Shown here: piece after piece, positions 8,826 to 16,815 of the stretch
Numbering within the stretch: position 1 is the stretch's first letter
Layout of the letters: each line of letters begins with the position of its first letter
Source: a virus
Taxonomy: Duplodnaviria > Caudoviricetes
Direction: 5' to 3' (one strand)
Length of the DNA: 24,105 nt
Virus record (IMG/VR): IMGVR_UViG_3300036940_000057
Coordinates: 1 to 24,105 of that record
Notes under the pieces: model-generated
Seen by the model: the letters and a program-made list of their open reading frames with translations, nothing else
The model's database searches: none
Told to the model about the DNA's origin: nothing
Translations under genes and position numbers: made by a program

Positions 8826-11800
8826 GCAGCACCATACAATCCTCTAGCACTAATTGTTGCGACACCGTTTTCAGACTGAGTCCTAACAGTATCAACTATG
8901 TATTGCTGTAGTTGTTTTCCAGTTTGTGTCACAATGTTTATTATTATTTGTCCAGACGATGTAATATCACCGTTGTTTATCTGTCCCAAAACTTCCATTC
9001 CATCTTTTGAAACGACACCTTCACCAAGTTGTACCGGTATCAATCCGTCTTCTCTAGGATTAGATGCAAGTACTCTATCAATGACACCTCCGTTTTCCCA
9101 TCCACCCATTCCGGGACTAGATGCGTCATGATCTGCTGGGGAACCATCGCTACCACTAAAGTCTGTGCGACTAGAACTAAAGCTGGTGCTCCCCCACCCC
9201 ATTCCACGCATTGACGGTTCAGAGCCTGATATTCCAGACGATCTATCACTACCCTCTGACCCCAAATCAGACAAATCTCCTAAAAATCCAGACATTTCTA
9301 TGTCAATAGCCGCGTTGCCAGTTAGACTATTTGCAAAGTCAACAGCACTATCTATTGCATCGCTAATATCACCTCCAACACCTAGACTTGAAGCTAAACT
9401 AGAGAAATTACTAGTTGCTGTAGAGAAGTCTATAGTAAAATCTGGAGATGATAATGCATCAATATCATTAGTACCAGTTAAAGCAGTTAATGTATTTGCA
9501 AAATCTACACTTTCGTCAAGAAAACTGTCTAATTGTGGGTTTACTCCATATTGATTTGCCATGACATTAAAGTTTTTTGCAACTTCAAGACGCATCATCA
9601 AATCTTCAAGTGTTGTTTTTTGACTTTTTTTAATTCCTAAAAGTTTAGCAATATATGAAAATGGATTAATCATATCTATAGCTTTGCCAATTTTAGTAAA
9701 AACAGAATCTACAAATCCAAGTGCAGAATTAGGACCGTAAGCATCCATAGTTGTTGCTTGCATTTGACTATCTAAAGCACTACTTAATGCAGCAGCTTGC
9801 ATATCACTTAAATCTGTAACATCAAGCTGACCAGATATTGCTTGAGAAGCTAAAGACTTACCCTTGAAAAATCCGAGGTCTGAATCTTCTAAACTATCTC
9901 GCATTTCTTCATATTCTCTTGAATCAGAAATATCACCGATTGTATCCACTAACCCTGCGCCAAGAGTGCCCATAACTGCGCTTCCAAGTATGCCCATCGG
10001 TCCAAAAGACGCACCAGACAAAAGTCCCATCGCCGCTTGACCAGCAAGACCACCAATTGAAGCAAAATTACCTGTTAATCCTAAGCTTGCTTTTGCGCCA
10101 GACGTTAAAGATTGTGCGAGTATCCCCATAACCTGATTGGGACCAAAGTATCCACGCAGCGCATCACCTAAATCAGCAGTACCCGTAAATGTTGCGGCAG
10201 CAGCTTTAGAAGTAGCTTTACCGACACCAGCAACCAAGTTACTTACAACAGTGTTACCGAACGGACTAAAATCATTGTTAGATAAATCTACATCATATTG
10301 TCTGCCGTTATATACAGACTCTATGTTTGATGACAGTGCATCATCTAGTGCGCTAAAATCACTGTGTGAACTAATTTTACGCAGCTTTACAGCGATGTTA
10401 GCAGGTACAACCATTTCATCTTTGTGAGCAAGAACAGGCTGGTTGTCTTTTTCTACTTGCCACAGTCCTTCACGAGCAAAAATTGCATCCCAAGCGTAAT
10501 CTACTGCTGTACCAACAATCTTTTCAGACGCCATTTTACCGATTGCGTCAGTAAATGTACGGACCATACCTTTCCAAGCAGAATCCCACGCATCTTCAAA
10601 ATTGTCTAAATCACCCGTTATTACATCAAAAAAACCGTCTGAGAATAGATTAGCACCTTCGTCTACAACAGAAGCAAATACATCATCTGTTAACTCAGCG
10701 GCCCACTTTTCCCACCCGGACAATGACTGTAAATGCTGTTCATGCTCAAGTTTTTTAATCTTAGCGTTGTACTCTTTCTCGACCTTTTCTTTATCAGTAG
10801 AAAGAGCCATAACTGCTTCTTTTTCTTTCTTGAGATTAGCTATTTTTTCAGTTAAAGCACGCCCGTCAATTTGTTTAGCTTTTTCAAGATACTTTTTGTC
10901 TTGTTCGTTCTGTTTGTCTCTAGCTTCTGCATTAAGCTTGACAACGGCATCTTGAAATGCTTTTTCTTCTTGCTCTTTACGCTGTGAAAAACTGTCATCT
11001 CCTGAAAATCCAGATTCACGAAATTCCTTGAGCATTTTTTCTTGCTCAACGGCTTTATCTTGCAGAGATTGTTTTTCTCTGAGCTTAGATATCTCAGCGT
11101 CTCTAGCTGAATTTATTCTGTTGATAAGTTGCTCTTGTGTCTCAAGTGGAATGTTAGATGCTTTGACTTTTGATGTTATTTCATCGTACTTTTTATTAAG
11201 TTTATCAATAGCTTTTGTTAATGGGTCACCAGCTTTTCCAAGTGCATCATTAACTACTTCTGTTATCTTTTCAGCGTTCTTTTTAGCAGATTCTATAGCT
11301 GTATTAAAGGCATGATCTTCAATCGCTTTTCTGTCTGAAAATGAATTTTCGTAAACAGACTTTTCTTTATCTAAAGACTTCTCAAAATTAGCAATATCTC
11401 TCTGCGCTCTTGCGTTAATCTCATTTTGATGTATAGCAGAGATTTGCAGCTCTAATTCTTGTGCTTGCTTGAGATAATAATCTTTATCTTCTTGATAAAT
11501 TTGACGTGCTGCTTTGCTTCTTAATTCAGACGCTTTTCTAGATAATTCAGTTGTTTCACTTTCAACTTTATTAACCATTTCACGCAATTCTTCGCCGTTG
11601 GCAAACATGAAGTCCCAGAACGACATACTGCCGTCCATGACTTTTGCAATAGCTTTATCTGCGTTATCAGCCCAATCGTACAGTATGCTAAATCCAGCGA
11701 AAGCGGCAGCACCCTTTGAGCCAAAAATCAAAGCTCCGACAAGCCCCACCTCTTTAACTGTGTCAGGCATTGAATTAAAGCCACCAACCGCTTTATCAAA

Positions 11801-13129
11801 AAGAGTGCCAACATCTTGAGCTATGCCTGATATACTACTAGCAAAATCTGTTAACTTGCCGCTATTACCTTCTAAAAAGTCTGCAAACTTATCAGAAAGA
11901 TCAAGTATTTCTGGGATTAATTCTTTACCAATCGAGCTTGAAATATCTGTAAATCTATTTTCTAGTTTCTGCAACTGAGAGGCGTAAGAATTACCAGCAG
12001 TTTCAGCTTCTTTAGTCAACGCCGTGGCATTTTTCTGTTCTTTAGCAGCAATGTTTAAAGCCTTAGCCAATTCGTCGTTCCTCAAAGCTATTGTAGGTAT
12101 AACTTTGAGTATTTCTTCACCCTTTAGCCCAAATTGATCTAATTCTTCTGTTGCAGATCGTCCGGATTTTATTAAACCACCAAGTCCTTTTACAAAAGCT
12201 TGAAATACTTGTGTTGCGTCATCTTTAAATGTTTTACGAAGTTGTTGACCTGTCATTCCTGTAACTTTTTGTAGTTCAAGAAATGATGCCCCACCTTCAT
12301 CTAGACTTTTTCTAATAGCCCTAAAAGTACGACCAACAGCAGAACCTCCTAATTCAGCTTGAACGCCAACAGAACGCAATGCAGCACCAAAAGCTGCCGC
12401 TTGAGTAGACGAAACACCAAATTCGGCAGTGGCTTGACCAACTTGCATGGCAACACGAGCAATTTCTGACTCGGTAGCAGCCATGTTGTTTCCAAGAGCA
12501 ACAATAGCAGAACCGAGAATATCAACTTGATCTGCTGATTCACCAGCAACTGTAAGCATACGAGCTAGAGTAGTTGCAGCTTCTTCGCCCATTAAATCAG
12601 AAGCAATACCAAGCTCCGCAACAGTTTTAGTAAATTTAAGTATATTTTTTGAGCCAGTTATACCAAGCTGTCCCGCAGATTGAGCTATAGAAAGAAGTTC
12701 GTTTCTTGCGACCGGAACCTCTTTCGACATTTCAGTGATACTTTTTTGTAACCCGTCTAAATCTTTACCTGTAATATTCGTTGTCTTAGATACACCGATT
12801 AATCCTTTGTCTAAGTCAACAAAATCATTAACAGCCTTTCTAAGTACTCCGGCAGCAATAAAACCACCGACAATACCAGAGAGGCCCCCAAATTTTTTGG
12901 AAGCCTCAGCCGCAGATTTACCGAAGTTTGAAACAGCTTTACTGGTATTTGTTGCACCCTTTTGTAGGGCTGGCATAACTTTTGAGGTCTTAGTTATTTC
13001 GACACGAAAATCTTCTGTCTCGTTGTTAGCTTGACCAGTCTCTTTAAGATAGTCGTTAATCGCTTTTGTGACTCTTTTTGTTTGACTCTCAGTGTTGCCA
13101 AACCCTATACTTAAATCAATTCCTGCCAT
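8822..13129 (-). CDS. Tail tape measure protein (TP901 family)
   Basis: 1435 aa with the TP901-type core (IAQSAGQLGI...FTKTVAEL...LGNNMAATESEI...ELGGSA), long coiled coils and Gly/Ala-rich segments; follows the chaperones. Confidence 0.95.
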   Translation of the reverse strand: MAGIDLSIGFGNTESQTKRVTKAINDYLKETGQANNETEDFRVEITKTSKVMPALQKGATNTSKAVSNFGKSAAEASKKFGGLSGIVGGFIAAGVLRKAVNDFVDLDKGLIGVSKTTNITGKDLDGLQKSITEMSKEVPVARNELLSIAQSAGQLGITGSKNILKFTKTVAELGIASDLMGEEAATTLARMLTVAGESADQVDILGSAIVALGNNMAATESEIARVAMQVGQATAEFGVSSTQAAAFGAALRSVGVQAELGGSAVGRTFRAIRKSLDEGGASFLELQKVTGMTGQQLRKTFKDDATQVFQAFVKGLGGLIKSGRSATEELDQFGLKGEEILKVIPTIALRNDELAKALNIAAKEQKNATALTKEAETAGNSYASQLQKLENRFTDISSSIGKELIPEILDLSDKFADFLEGNSGKLTDFASSISGIAQDVGTLFDKAVGGFNSMPDTVKEVGLVGALIFGSKGAAAFAGFSILYDWADNADKAIAKVMDGSMSFWDFMFANGEELREMVNKVESETTELSRKASELRSKAARQIYQEDKDYYLKQAQELELQISAIHQNEINARAQRDIANFEKSLDKEKSVYENSFSDRKAIEDHAFNTAIESAKKNAEKITEVVNDALGKAGDPLTKAIDKLNKKYDEITSKVKASNIPLETQEQLINRINSARDAEISKLREKQSLQDKAVEQEKMLKEFRESGFSGDDSFSQRKEQEEKAFQDAVVKLNAEARDKQNEQDKKYLEKAKQIDGRALTEKIANLKKEKEAVMALSTDKEKVEKEYNAKIKKLEHEQHLQSLSGWEKWAAELTDDVFASVVDEGANLFSDGFFDVITGDLDNFEDAWDSAWKGMVRTFTDAIGKMASEKIVGTAVDYAWDAIFAREGLWQVEKDNQPVLAHKDEMVVPANIAVKLRKISSHSDFSALDDALSSNIESVYNGRQYDVDLSNNDFSPFGNTVVSNLVAGVGKATSKAAAATFTGTADLGDALRGYFGPNQVMGILAQSLTSGAKASLGLTGNFASIGGLAGQAAMGLLSGASFGPMGILGSAVMGTLGAGLVDTIGDISDSREYEEMRDSLEDSDLGFFKGKSLASQAISGQLDVTDLSDMQAAALSSALDSQMQATTMDAYGPNSALGFVDSVFTKIGKAIDMINPFSYIAKLLGIKKSQKTTLEDLMMRLEVAKNFNVMANQYGVNPQLDSFLDESVDFANTLTALTGTNDIDALSSPDFTIDFSTATSNFSSLASSLGVGGDISDAIDSAVDFANSLTGNAAIDIEMSGFLGDLSDLGSEGSDRSSGISGSEPSMRGMGWGSTSFSSSRTDFSGSDGSPADHDASSPGMGGWENGGVIDRVLASNPREDGLIPVQLGEGVVSKDGMEVLGQINNGDITSSGQIIINIVTQTGKQLQQYIVDTVRTQSENGVATISARGLYGAA

Positions 13130-13553
13130 TTTTTTTATCCTTCAACTTTGCTAACTTTTTGGGATACATTTCGTGCTCAATAATCCAGATTCCTTGCCGA
13201 GTATAACTATCAACTTCAAAATCATCACAAATAGACTTTATATCACTAGCACTTAGAGCCTTTGGTATACTCTCATCATAGAAAGCATAAACTTGCTTAC
13301 CAGCTTTACTTGTTATGTATTGAAATGCCACATGTTGATAATCCCTTGTCGAATCTAATAAACACCACAGTTTCCAAGCATTGTAGTTTAACGGCAGTAA
13401 TTCTGGTATGTTTTTAGGGTCATCTTCACAATATTCACCAAGCTCACACTTTGGAAACTCTCCATACATTTCAGACATTTCACGGCATTTTTTACAATCA
13501 ACGTGAGCAGATTTACCTATTTTTTTGCTTTGGTATTCTGCCCACTCTTGGAG
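13116..13553 (-). CDS. Tail assembly chaperone, T part (expressed as GT fusion via -1 frameshift)
   Basis: The frame of ORF 13116..13478 stays open upstream to the slippery site: (K)LQEWAEYQSKKIGKSAHVDCKKCREMSEMYGEFPKC...; contains PELLPLNYNAWKLW; no SD before 13478. Confidence 0.85.
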   Translation of the reverse strand, partial: LQEWAEYQSKKIGKSAHVDCKKCREMSEMYGEFPKCELGEYCEDDPKNIPELLPLNYNAWKLWCLLDSTRDYQHVAFQYITSKAGKQVYAFYDESIPKALSASDIKSICDDFEVDSYTRQGIWIIEHEMYPKKLAKLKDKKNGRN

Positions 13554-14020
13554 TTTTTTACAGCGGTCTCTTTTACTTTGTTTTCAGCGTTTTGTATTTC
13601 TTTAGCTTTTGCTGTTAAGTCATCCCATAATGATTCAGCGTAATCTTTTACAAGACGCAAGCTAGATTCATTAATTGGCAGTGTTTTGCCGTTGTTTTTC
13701 AAATCCCATTTTTTAATTTGCAAAAGGAGTCGTTTAATCTCACTCTCAACAGTAAGATTATAAATAGATGCGCCAAACTCTTTTTGTACCCTTTCTGTGA
13801 TTTCTTCGATATCCTGCTTGCTTGGCTTGTTACCCTTTTCGTCCTGAAATTTTTTTTGTTTCTCAGCTATCTGTTTTTGCATAATAGACACCTTTGTCTG
13901 TGCATCAAACAGTATACTCTCTGTTTCTGTGCTAGTAATAGACTGCATTGTTACAGTCATTTTTTGTCCTTCATATTCAACTTCAAAATCTTTTACTTTA
14001 CGACTAAGATTAATATTCAT
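13517..14020 (-). CDS. Tail assembly chaperone, G part
   Basis: Lies between major tail protein and tape measure; IKKWDL...LP motif; ends V-K-N at A AAA AAC. Confidence 0.85.
   Translation of the reverse strand: MNINLSRKVKDFEVEYEGQKMTVTMQSITSTETESILFDAQTKVSIMQKQIAEKQKKFQDEKGNKPSKQDIEEITERVQKEFGASIYNLTVESEIKRLLLQIKKWDLKNNGKTLPINESSLRLVKDYAESLWDDLTAKAKEIQNAENKVKETAVKNSKSGQNTKAKK
13553..13559 (-). other. Programmed -1 ribosomal frameshift slippery heptamer A AAA AAC
   Basis: X XXY YYZ pattern in the G frame; a -1 shift puts the next codon at 13553, which is 25 codons upstream of and in frame with 13478. A second heptamer A AAA AAA lies at 13526-13520. Confidence 0.85.
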
Positions 14021-14099
14021 GCTTTTTTATCCTTGCTTTTTTGTCTGCTTTTTGTTTAGTTTAGGGGCAAGGCGGAAAAAGCAGAAACCGCCAAGCCCC
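14018..14099 (-). promoter_or_regulatory. Intergenic hairpin / pseudoknot upstream of chaperone gene
   Basis: mRNA GGGGC-UU-GGCGG [UUUCUGCUUUUU] CCGCC-UU-GCCCC; the loop is complementary to the downstream AAAAAGCAGA; no U-tract follows. Confidence 0.6.
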
Positions 14100-14122
14100 A
14101 AGGAGTATATAGAGAGTGAGTG

Positions 14123-15526
14123 TTATTCTATTCTAAGCTGCATTGAGTCTTCGCCCTCAGTTCCAAGTACAGTCGTGCTAATAGACATATTAACAGTATC
14201 ACCATTCTCAGAAACTGTCGGAGCCGAGAATTTAACTCTAGGCAGATCATAAACAATTGTATTACCGATTCCCGAACCTGCGACAATCTCAATAGACCTT
14301 TCAACGCTATTAAATGCGTCTTGATACAAATCTACGCTTGACGGCTTAAAGTAGAAGCTTAAATCCATATTGTACTCACGCTGACCCTCATAATAACCCG
14401 TTGGGTTGTCTTCACCGTTAACCTCGTCCGTTGGATAAGTAGTAGGCTCAGACATTGTGAGAGTGGTCGAGATGATTGGAAATGTTACATCATCAATGCG
14501 AACTACGTTGTTGCGATTTTCAATAGGCTCACCAATATCAGTGGGAGTCGGTAGAAATCCTGTAATAGTATCACCACTAGCCCAACCAGTAGCAGCAACA
14601 ATACCAGGAATAATGGTAATAGTTCCACCCGTTTCATCAACGTCTGTCACAAGGTACCCAGAACCCCCGTTATTATCTGACAGAGTGGTGTTTTGAATAT
14701 ACATTCCTTCGTTAATACGAGTGGCGTTGTCGGTTGTATAAGTAGTAGCACCGTTTGCAGCAATTGCATTAGTTGTATGCTCACCAACGCTTGACTGCAA
14801 AAATCCTTCACCCGACATGTCAATCTGTTGACCACCGCTATTAGTAATAGACACAGACATACTATTAATAGTACACCCGGTAATCATCTGATAGAAAAAG
14901 TCTTTGCGGTTCCAGAGCGTTATTGAGTCACGATTAACTTTCTGTGCATACGTTCTTGACCATATACTGATTGCAGTATCGTCAACATGAGCAGCGGCAG
15001 TGCTATCATAAAAACCACGGGTACAGCCAGTGAGTGAACCCGCGACTTTAGTAGCGTCTGTATAAGTTACACCGCTGTAATAAATAAATTCGTCTTCGAT
15101 TTTAATTACGCCACGTCTTGGTATTTCACCTACAAGTGAATCAAAAACCACCGTAGTTGTGGTATCATCAAGAGCACCGTTAAGCTGTATTCCACTTGCT
15201 GTGAGTACTTTTCCAAAAAAAGATGTAAGGAACACATCTCCCTGAGGAATACCAACCACACTTTCAGTTGATGCGGTCTGAGGCGGGCGTTGATACATGC
15301 TAACAGAATATGACGCTGCATTACGTTGACCCTGAAACTGAGCAAGAATATCACGACTGTTAACACGTTCGTCAGAGTTTTCAAGCGGTCTTTCTTGGTT
15401 AGATTCTGGAAAACCCACGACTTTAATCATTTGTGCAGAAGTCGGGAAAACGGCAGTACCAGCCGTTGTTTCTGGAGCTGCACCGACTGCAACAATTCTT
15501 GACGATGCAAAGTTATTACTTGACAT
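14123..15526 (-). CDS. Major tail (tube) protein with inserted beta-barrel domains
   Basis: Tube motifs (..P.T.GT at N-terminus, TGCTINSMSVS, G.RE...DLSFYF, YDLPRVKFS.P); upstream of chaperones and tape measure. Confidence 0.88.
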   Translation of the reverse strand: MSSNNFASSRIVAVGAAPETTAGTAVFPTSAQMIKVVGFPESNQERPLENSDERVNSRDILAQFQGQRNAASYSVSMYQRPPQTASTESVVGIPQGDVFLTSFFGKVLTASGIQLNGALDDTTTTVVFDSLVGEIPRRGVIKIEDEFIYYSGVTYTDATKVAGSLTGCTRGFYDSTAAAHVDDTAISIWSRTYAQKVNRDSITLWNRKDFFYQMITGCTINSMSVSITNSGGQQIDMSGEGFLQSSVGEHTTNAIAANGATTYTTDNATRINEGMYIQNTTLSDNNGGSGYLVTDVDETGGTITIIPGIVAATGWASGDTITGFLPTPTDIGEPIENRNNVVRIDDVTFPIISTTLTMSEPTTYPTDEVNGEDNPTGYYEGQREYNMDLSFYFKPSSVDLYQDAFNSVERSIEIVAGSGIGNTIVYDLPRVKFSAPTVSENGDTVNMSISTTVLGTEGEDSMQLRIE

Positions 15527-15717
15527 TATTCGCTAACCTCTTTTTTGATCACCTTTTTAACAGGCTTATTTTTAATTTCTCTAGGCTGGTTAAGAATCTT
15601 TGCACCTGCCAATTTCTTTTCTTCGCAGGATTTACAAAGCCAGTGCCTACCCTTTAAAGAATCAATCATTTTAAAGGGTTTTCCGCAGTTAGAACAAATT
15701 CCACTTACAAGAGCCAT
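15526..15717 (-). CDS. Small CxxC...CxxC zinc-ribbon protein
   Basis: CSNC...CKSC with a basic tail; GGAG SD; stop overlaps the major tail protein ATG. Confidence 0.7.
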   Translation of the reverse strand: MALVSGICSNCGKPFKMIDSLKGRHWLCKSCEEKKLAGAKILNQPREIKNKPVKKVIKKEVSE

Positions 15718-15727
15718 CTTTACTCCG

Positions 15728-16132
15728 TTAATAATTACCCACCCAATAAGTGTGGGGTATTGTTAAATTTATCTGATATTTACCATAGCCATCATCGCCA
15801 ACAAACGTGACATCCGGCTCACCAATCATAAAAGCTTTATCGCTTGACACATAATCTGTTACTAATTCACTAACAGCATCGACCCATCCGAGTATATCCG
15901 ATCTACCACTTTCGAGCGGTGTAAAAAATTGCATAGTTGCTATTCGCTGTTTATGTACCGCTTGGCCTCGTCCCTGCTCTCTCTCTAATGTAAAAGTAGA
16001 CCCAAACGACACACGAGCAAACTTGCCGTCATTTGGTACAGCAAACGCCCTGTTGGGCCATGCGATAGGTATATCAACAAACCCATTATAGATAATGCCG
16101 ATAAAAAGGGATTCTGCCTCAAAATTAGTCAT
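15728..16132 (-). CDS. Tail terminator / tail completion protein (DUF4128-like); start probably 16132 rather than 16159
   Basis: Motifs IAWPN..F..P.DG.FARV, QFFTP..SG and YQINLTIP; ATG at 16132 sits at +1 of a consensus promoter. Confidence 0.8.
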   Translation of the reverse strand: MTNFEAESLFIGIIYNGFVDIPIAWPNRAFAVPNDGKFARVSFGSTFTLEREQGRGQAVHKQRIATMQFFTPLESGRSDILGWVDAVSELVTDYVSSDKAFMIGEPDVTFVGDDGYGKYQINLTIPHTYWVGNY

Positions 16133-16138
16133 GCACTG

Positions 16139-16167
16139 ACAATATGCGATTAAGCCCATTCTGTCAA
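16139..16167 (-). promoter_or_regulatory. Sigma70-like promoter for tail operon (leaderless)
   Basis: TTGACA (16167-16162), 17-bp spacer, TATTGT (16144-16139), 6 nt, then ATG. Confidence 0.65.
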
Positions 16168-16178
16168 ATTATTGACAG

Positions 16179-16207
16179 TTGACAGACTATTTTTGTCTAT
16201 GTATGTT
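16179..16207 (+). promoter_or_regulatory. Sigma70-like promoter
   Basis: TTGACA-N17-TATGTT followed by an AAGGAG SD and ATG 16227. Confidence 0.65.
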
Positions 16208-16226
16208 TTCTTAAAAAGGAGTTATA

Positions 16227-16517
16227 ATGAATTTTAAAAAAGCCGTATTAGTCAAAGACCATACTAAATTAGTTTATTGGAGTGTTACCGAAGGGGAAAT
16301 TACAGCTCTACCAGACGGTAATGGTCGTTCGTATTGGATGCCGGGCGTATATATTGTTTGGCAAGCGTATAAAGATTGCATACCTCCATGCTATACTGAT
16401 TATACCGAAGAAGAATTTTCAAATTTGTTCATAACAGAAGATAACGCTCCTGATTTTATCAAACATGTTTTCGACAATGCACCAAGTTATGAAGAATGGT
16501 GCGAAAGTTTTAATTAA
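16227..16517 (+). CDS. Hypothetical protein
   Basis: Strong AAGGAG SD and its own promoter. Confidence 0.75.
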   Translation: MNFKKAVLVKDHTKLVYWSVTEGEITALPDGNGRSYWMPGVYIVWQAYKDCIPPCYTDYTEEEFSNLFITEDNAPDFIKHVFDNAPSYEEWCESFN

Positions 16518-16521
16518 AGGC

Positions 16522-16550
16522 TTGACAAATAATAAAAGTTTGTATAAGTT
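16522..16550 (+). promoter_or_regulatory. Sigma70-like promoter of tRNA cluster
   Basis: TTGACA-N17-TAAGTT ending 9 nt before the first tRNA. Confidence 0.65.
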
Positions 16551-16559
16551 CATATCTTC

Positions 16560-16645
16560 GGAAGGACGCAAGCAAAGGTGCTTAATCGGTCTTGAAAACC
16601 GTGCCATGTGAAAACATGAGGGTTCAATTCCTTGTCTTTCCGCCA
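16560..16645 (+). tRNA. trnS: tRNA-Ser(UGA), non-canonical 8/4 fold
   Basis: Acceptor GGAAGGAC/GTCTTTCC (8 bp), anticodon loop CT-TGA-AA, variable arm CATGT-GAAA-ACATG, T arm AGGG-TTCAATT-CCTT (4 bp), G73, encoded CCA. Confidence 0.9.
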
Positions 16646-16647
16646 AT

Positions 16648-16724
16648 AGACTTGTAGCCCAACTGGCAGAGGCAAGAGGTTTAAGCCCTCTCAAGTGTGA
16701 GTTCGAATCTCATCAGGTCTACCA
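16648..16724 (+). tRNA. trnL: tRNA-Leu(UAA) with short variable loop
   Basis: AGACTTG/CAGGTCT acceptor, AGAGG-TT-TAA-GC-CCTCT anticodon arm, 5-nt variable loop CAAGT, GTGAG-TTCGAAT-CTCAT T arm, A73, CCA; 77 nt. Confidence 0.9.
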
Positions 16725-16726
16725 AA

Positions 16727-16814
16727 GGAAGAATGACAGAGTGGTAATGTATCGGATTGCTAATCCGTAGTCTTGGTAAAACAAGCGCAAGTTCGAGTCT
16801 TGCTTCTTCCGCCA
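16727..16814 (+). tRNA. trnS: tRNA-Ser(GCU), canonical 7/5
   Basis: GGAAGAA/TTCTTCC acceptor, CGGA-TT-GCT-AA-TCCG anticodon arm, long variable arm, GCAAG-TTCGAGT-CTTGC T arm, G73, CCA. Confidence 0.95.
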
Positions 16815-16815
16815 T

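Noticed and set aside
8898-13034. Many plus-strand and alternate-frame ORFs inside the tape measure gene (similar ones overlap other structural genes)
   Set aside because: Antisense shadows from codon bias; Ser/Leu/Phe-rich with no SD or recognisable motifs.
14064-14099. Ordinary intrinsic terminator after the major tail gene
   Set aside because: No U-tract follows the stem on either strand; treated as a pseudoknot candidate instead.
16419-16694. 91-aa minus-strand ORF
   Set aside because: It is antisense to the tRNA genes and spurious.
16560-16724. Suppressor tRNAs / stop-codon recoding (anticodons read TGA and TAA)
   Set aside because: These anticodons decode UCA (Ser) and UUA (Leu). Long genes are intact under the standard code and all three stop codons are used.
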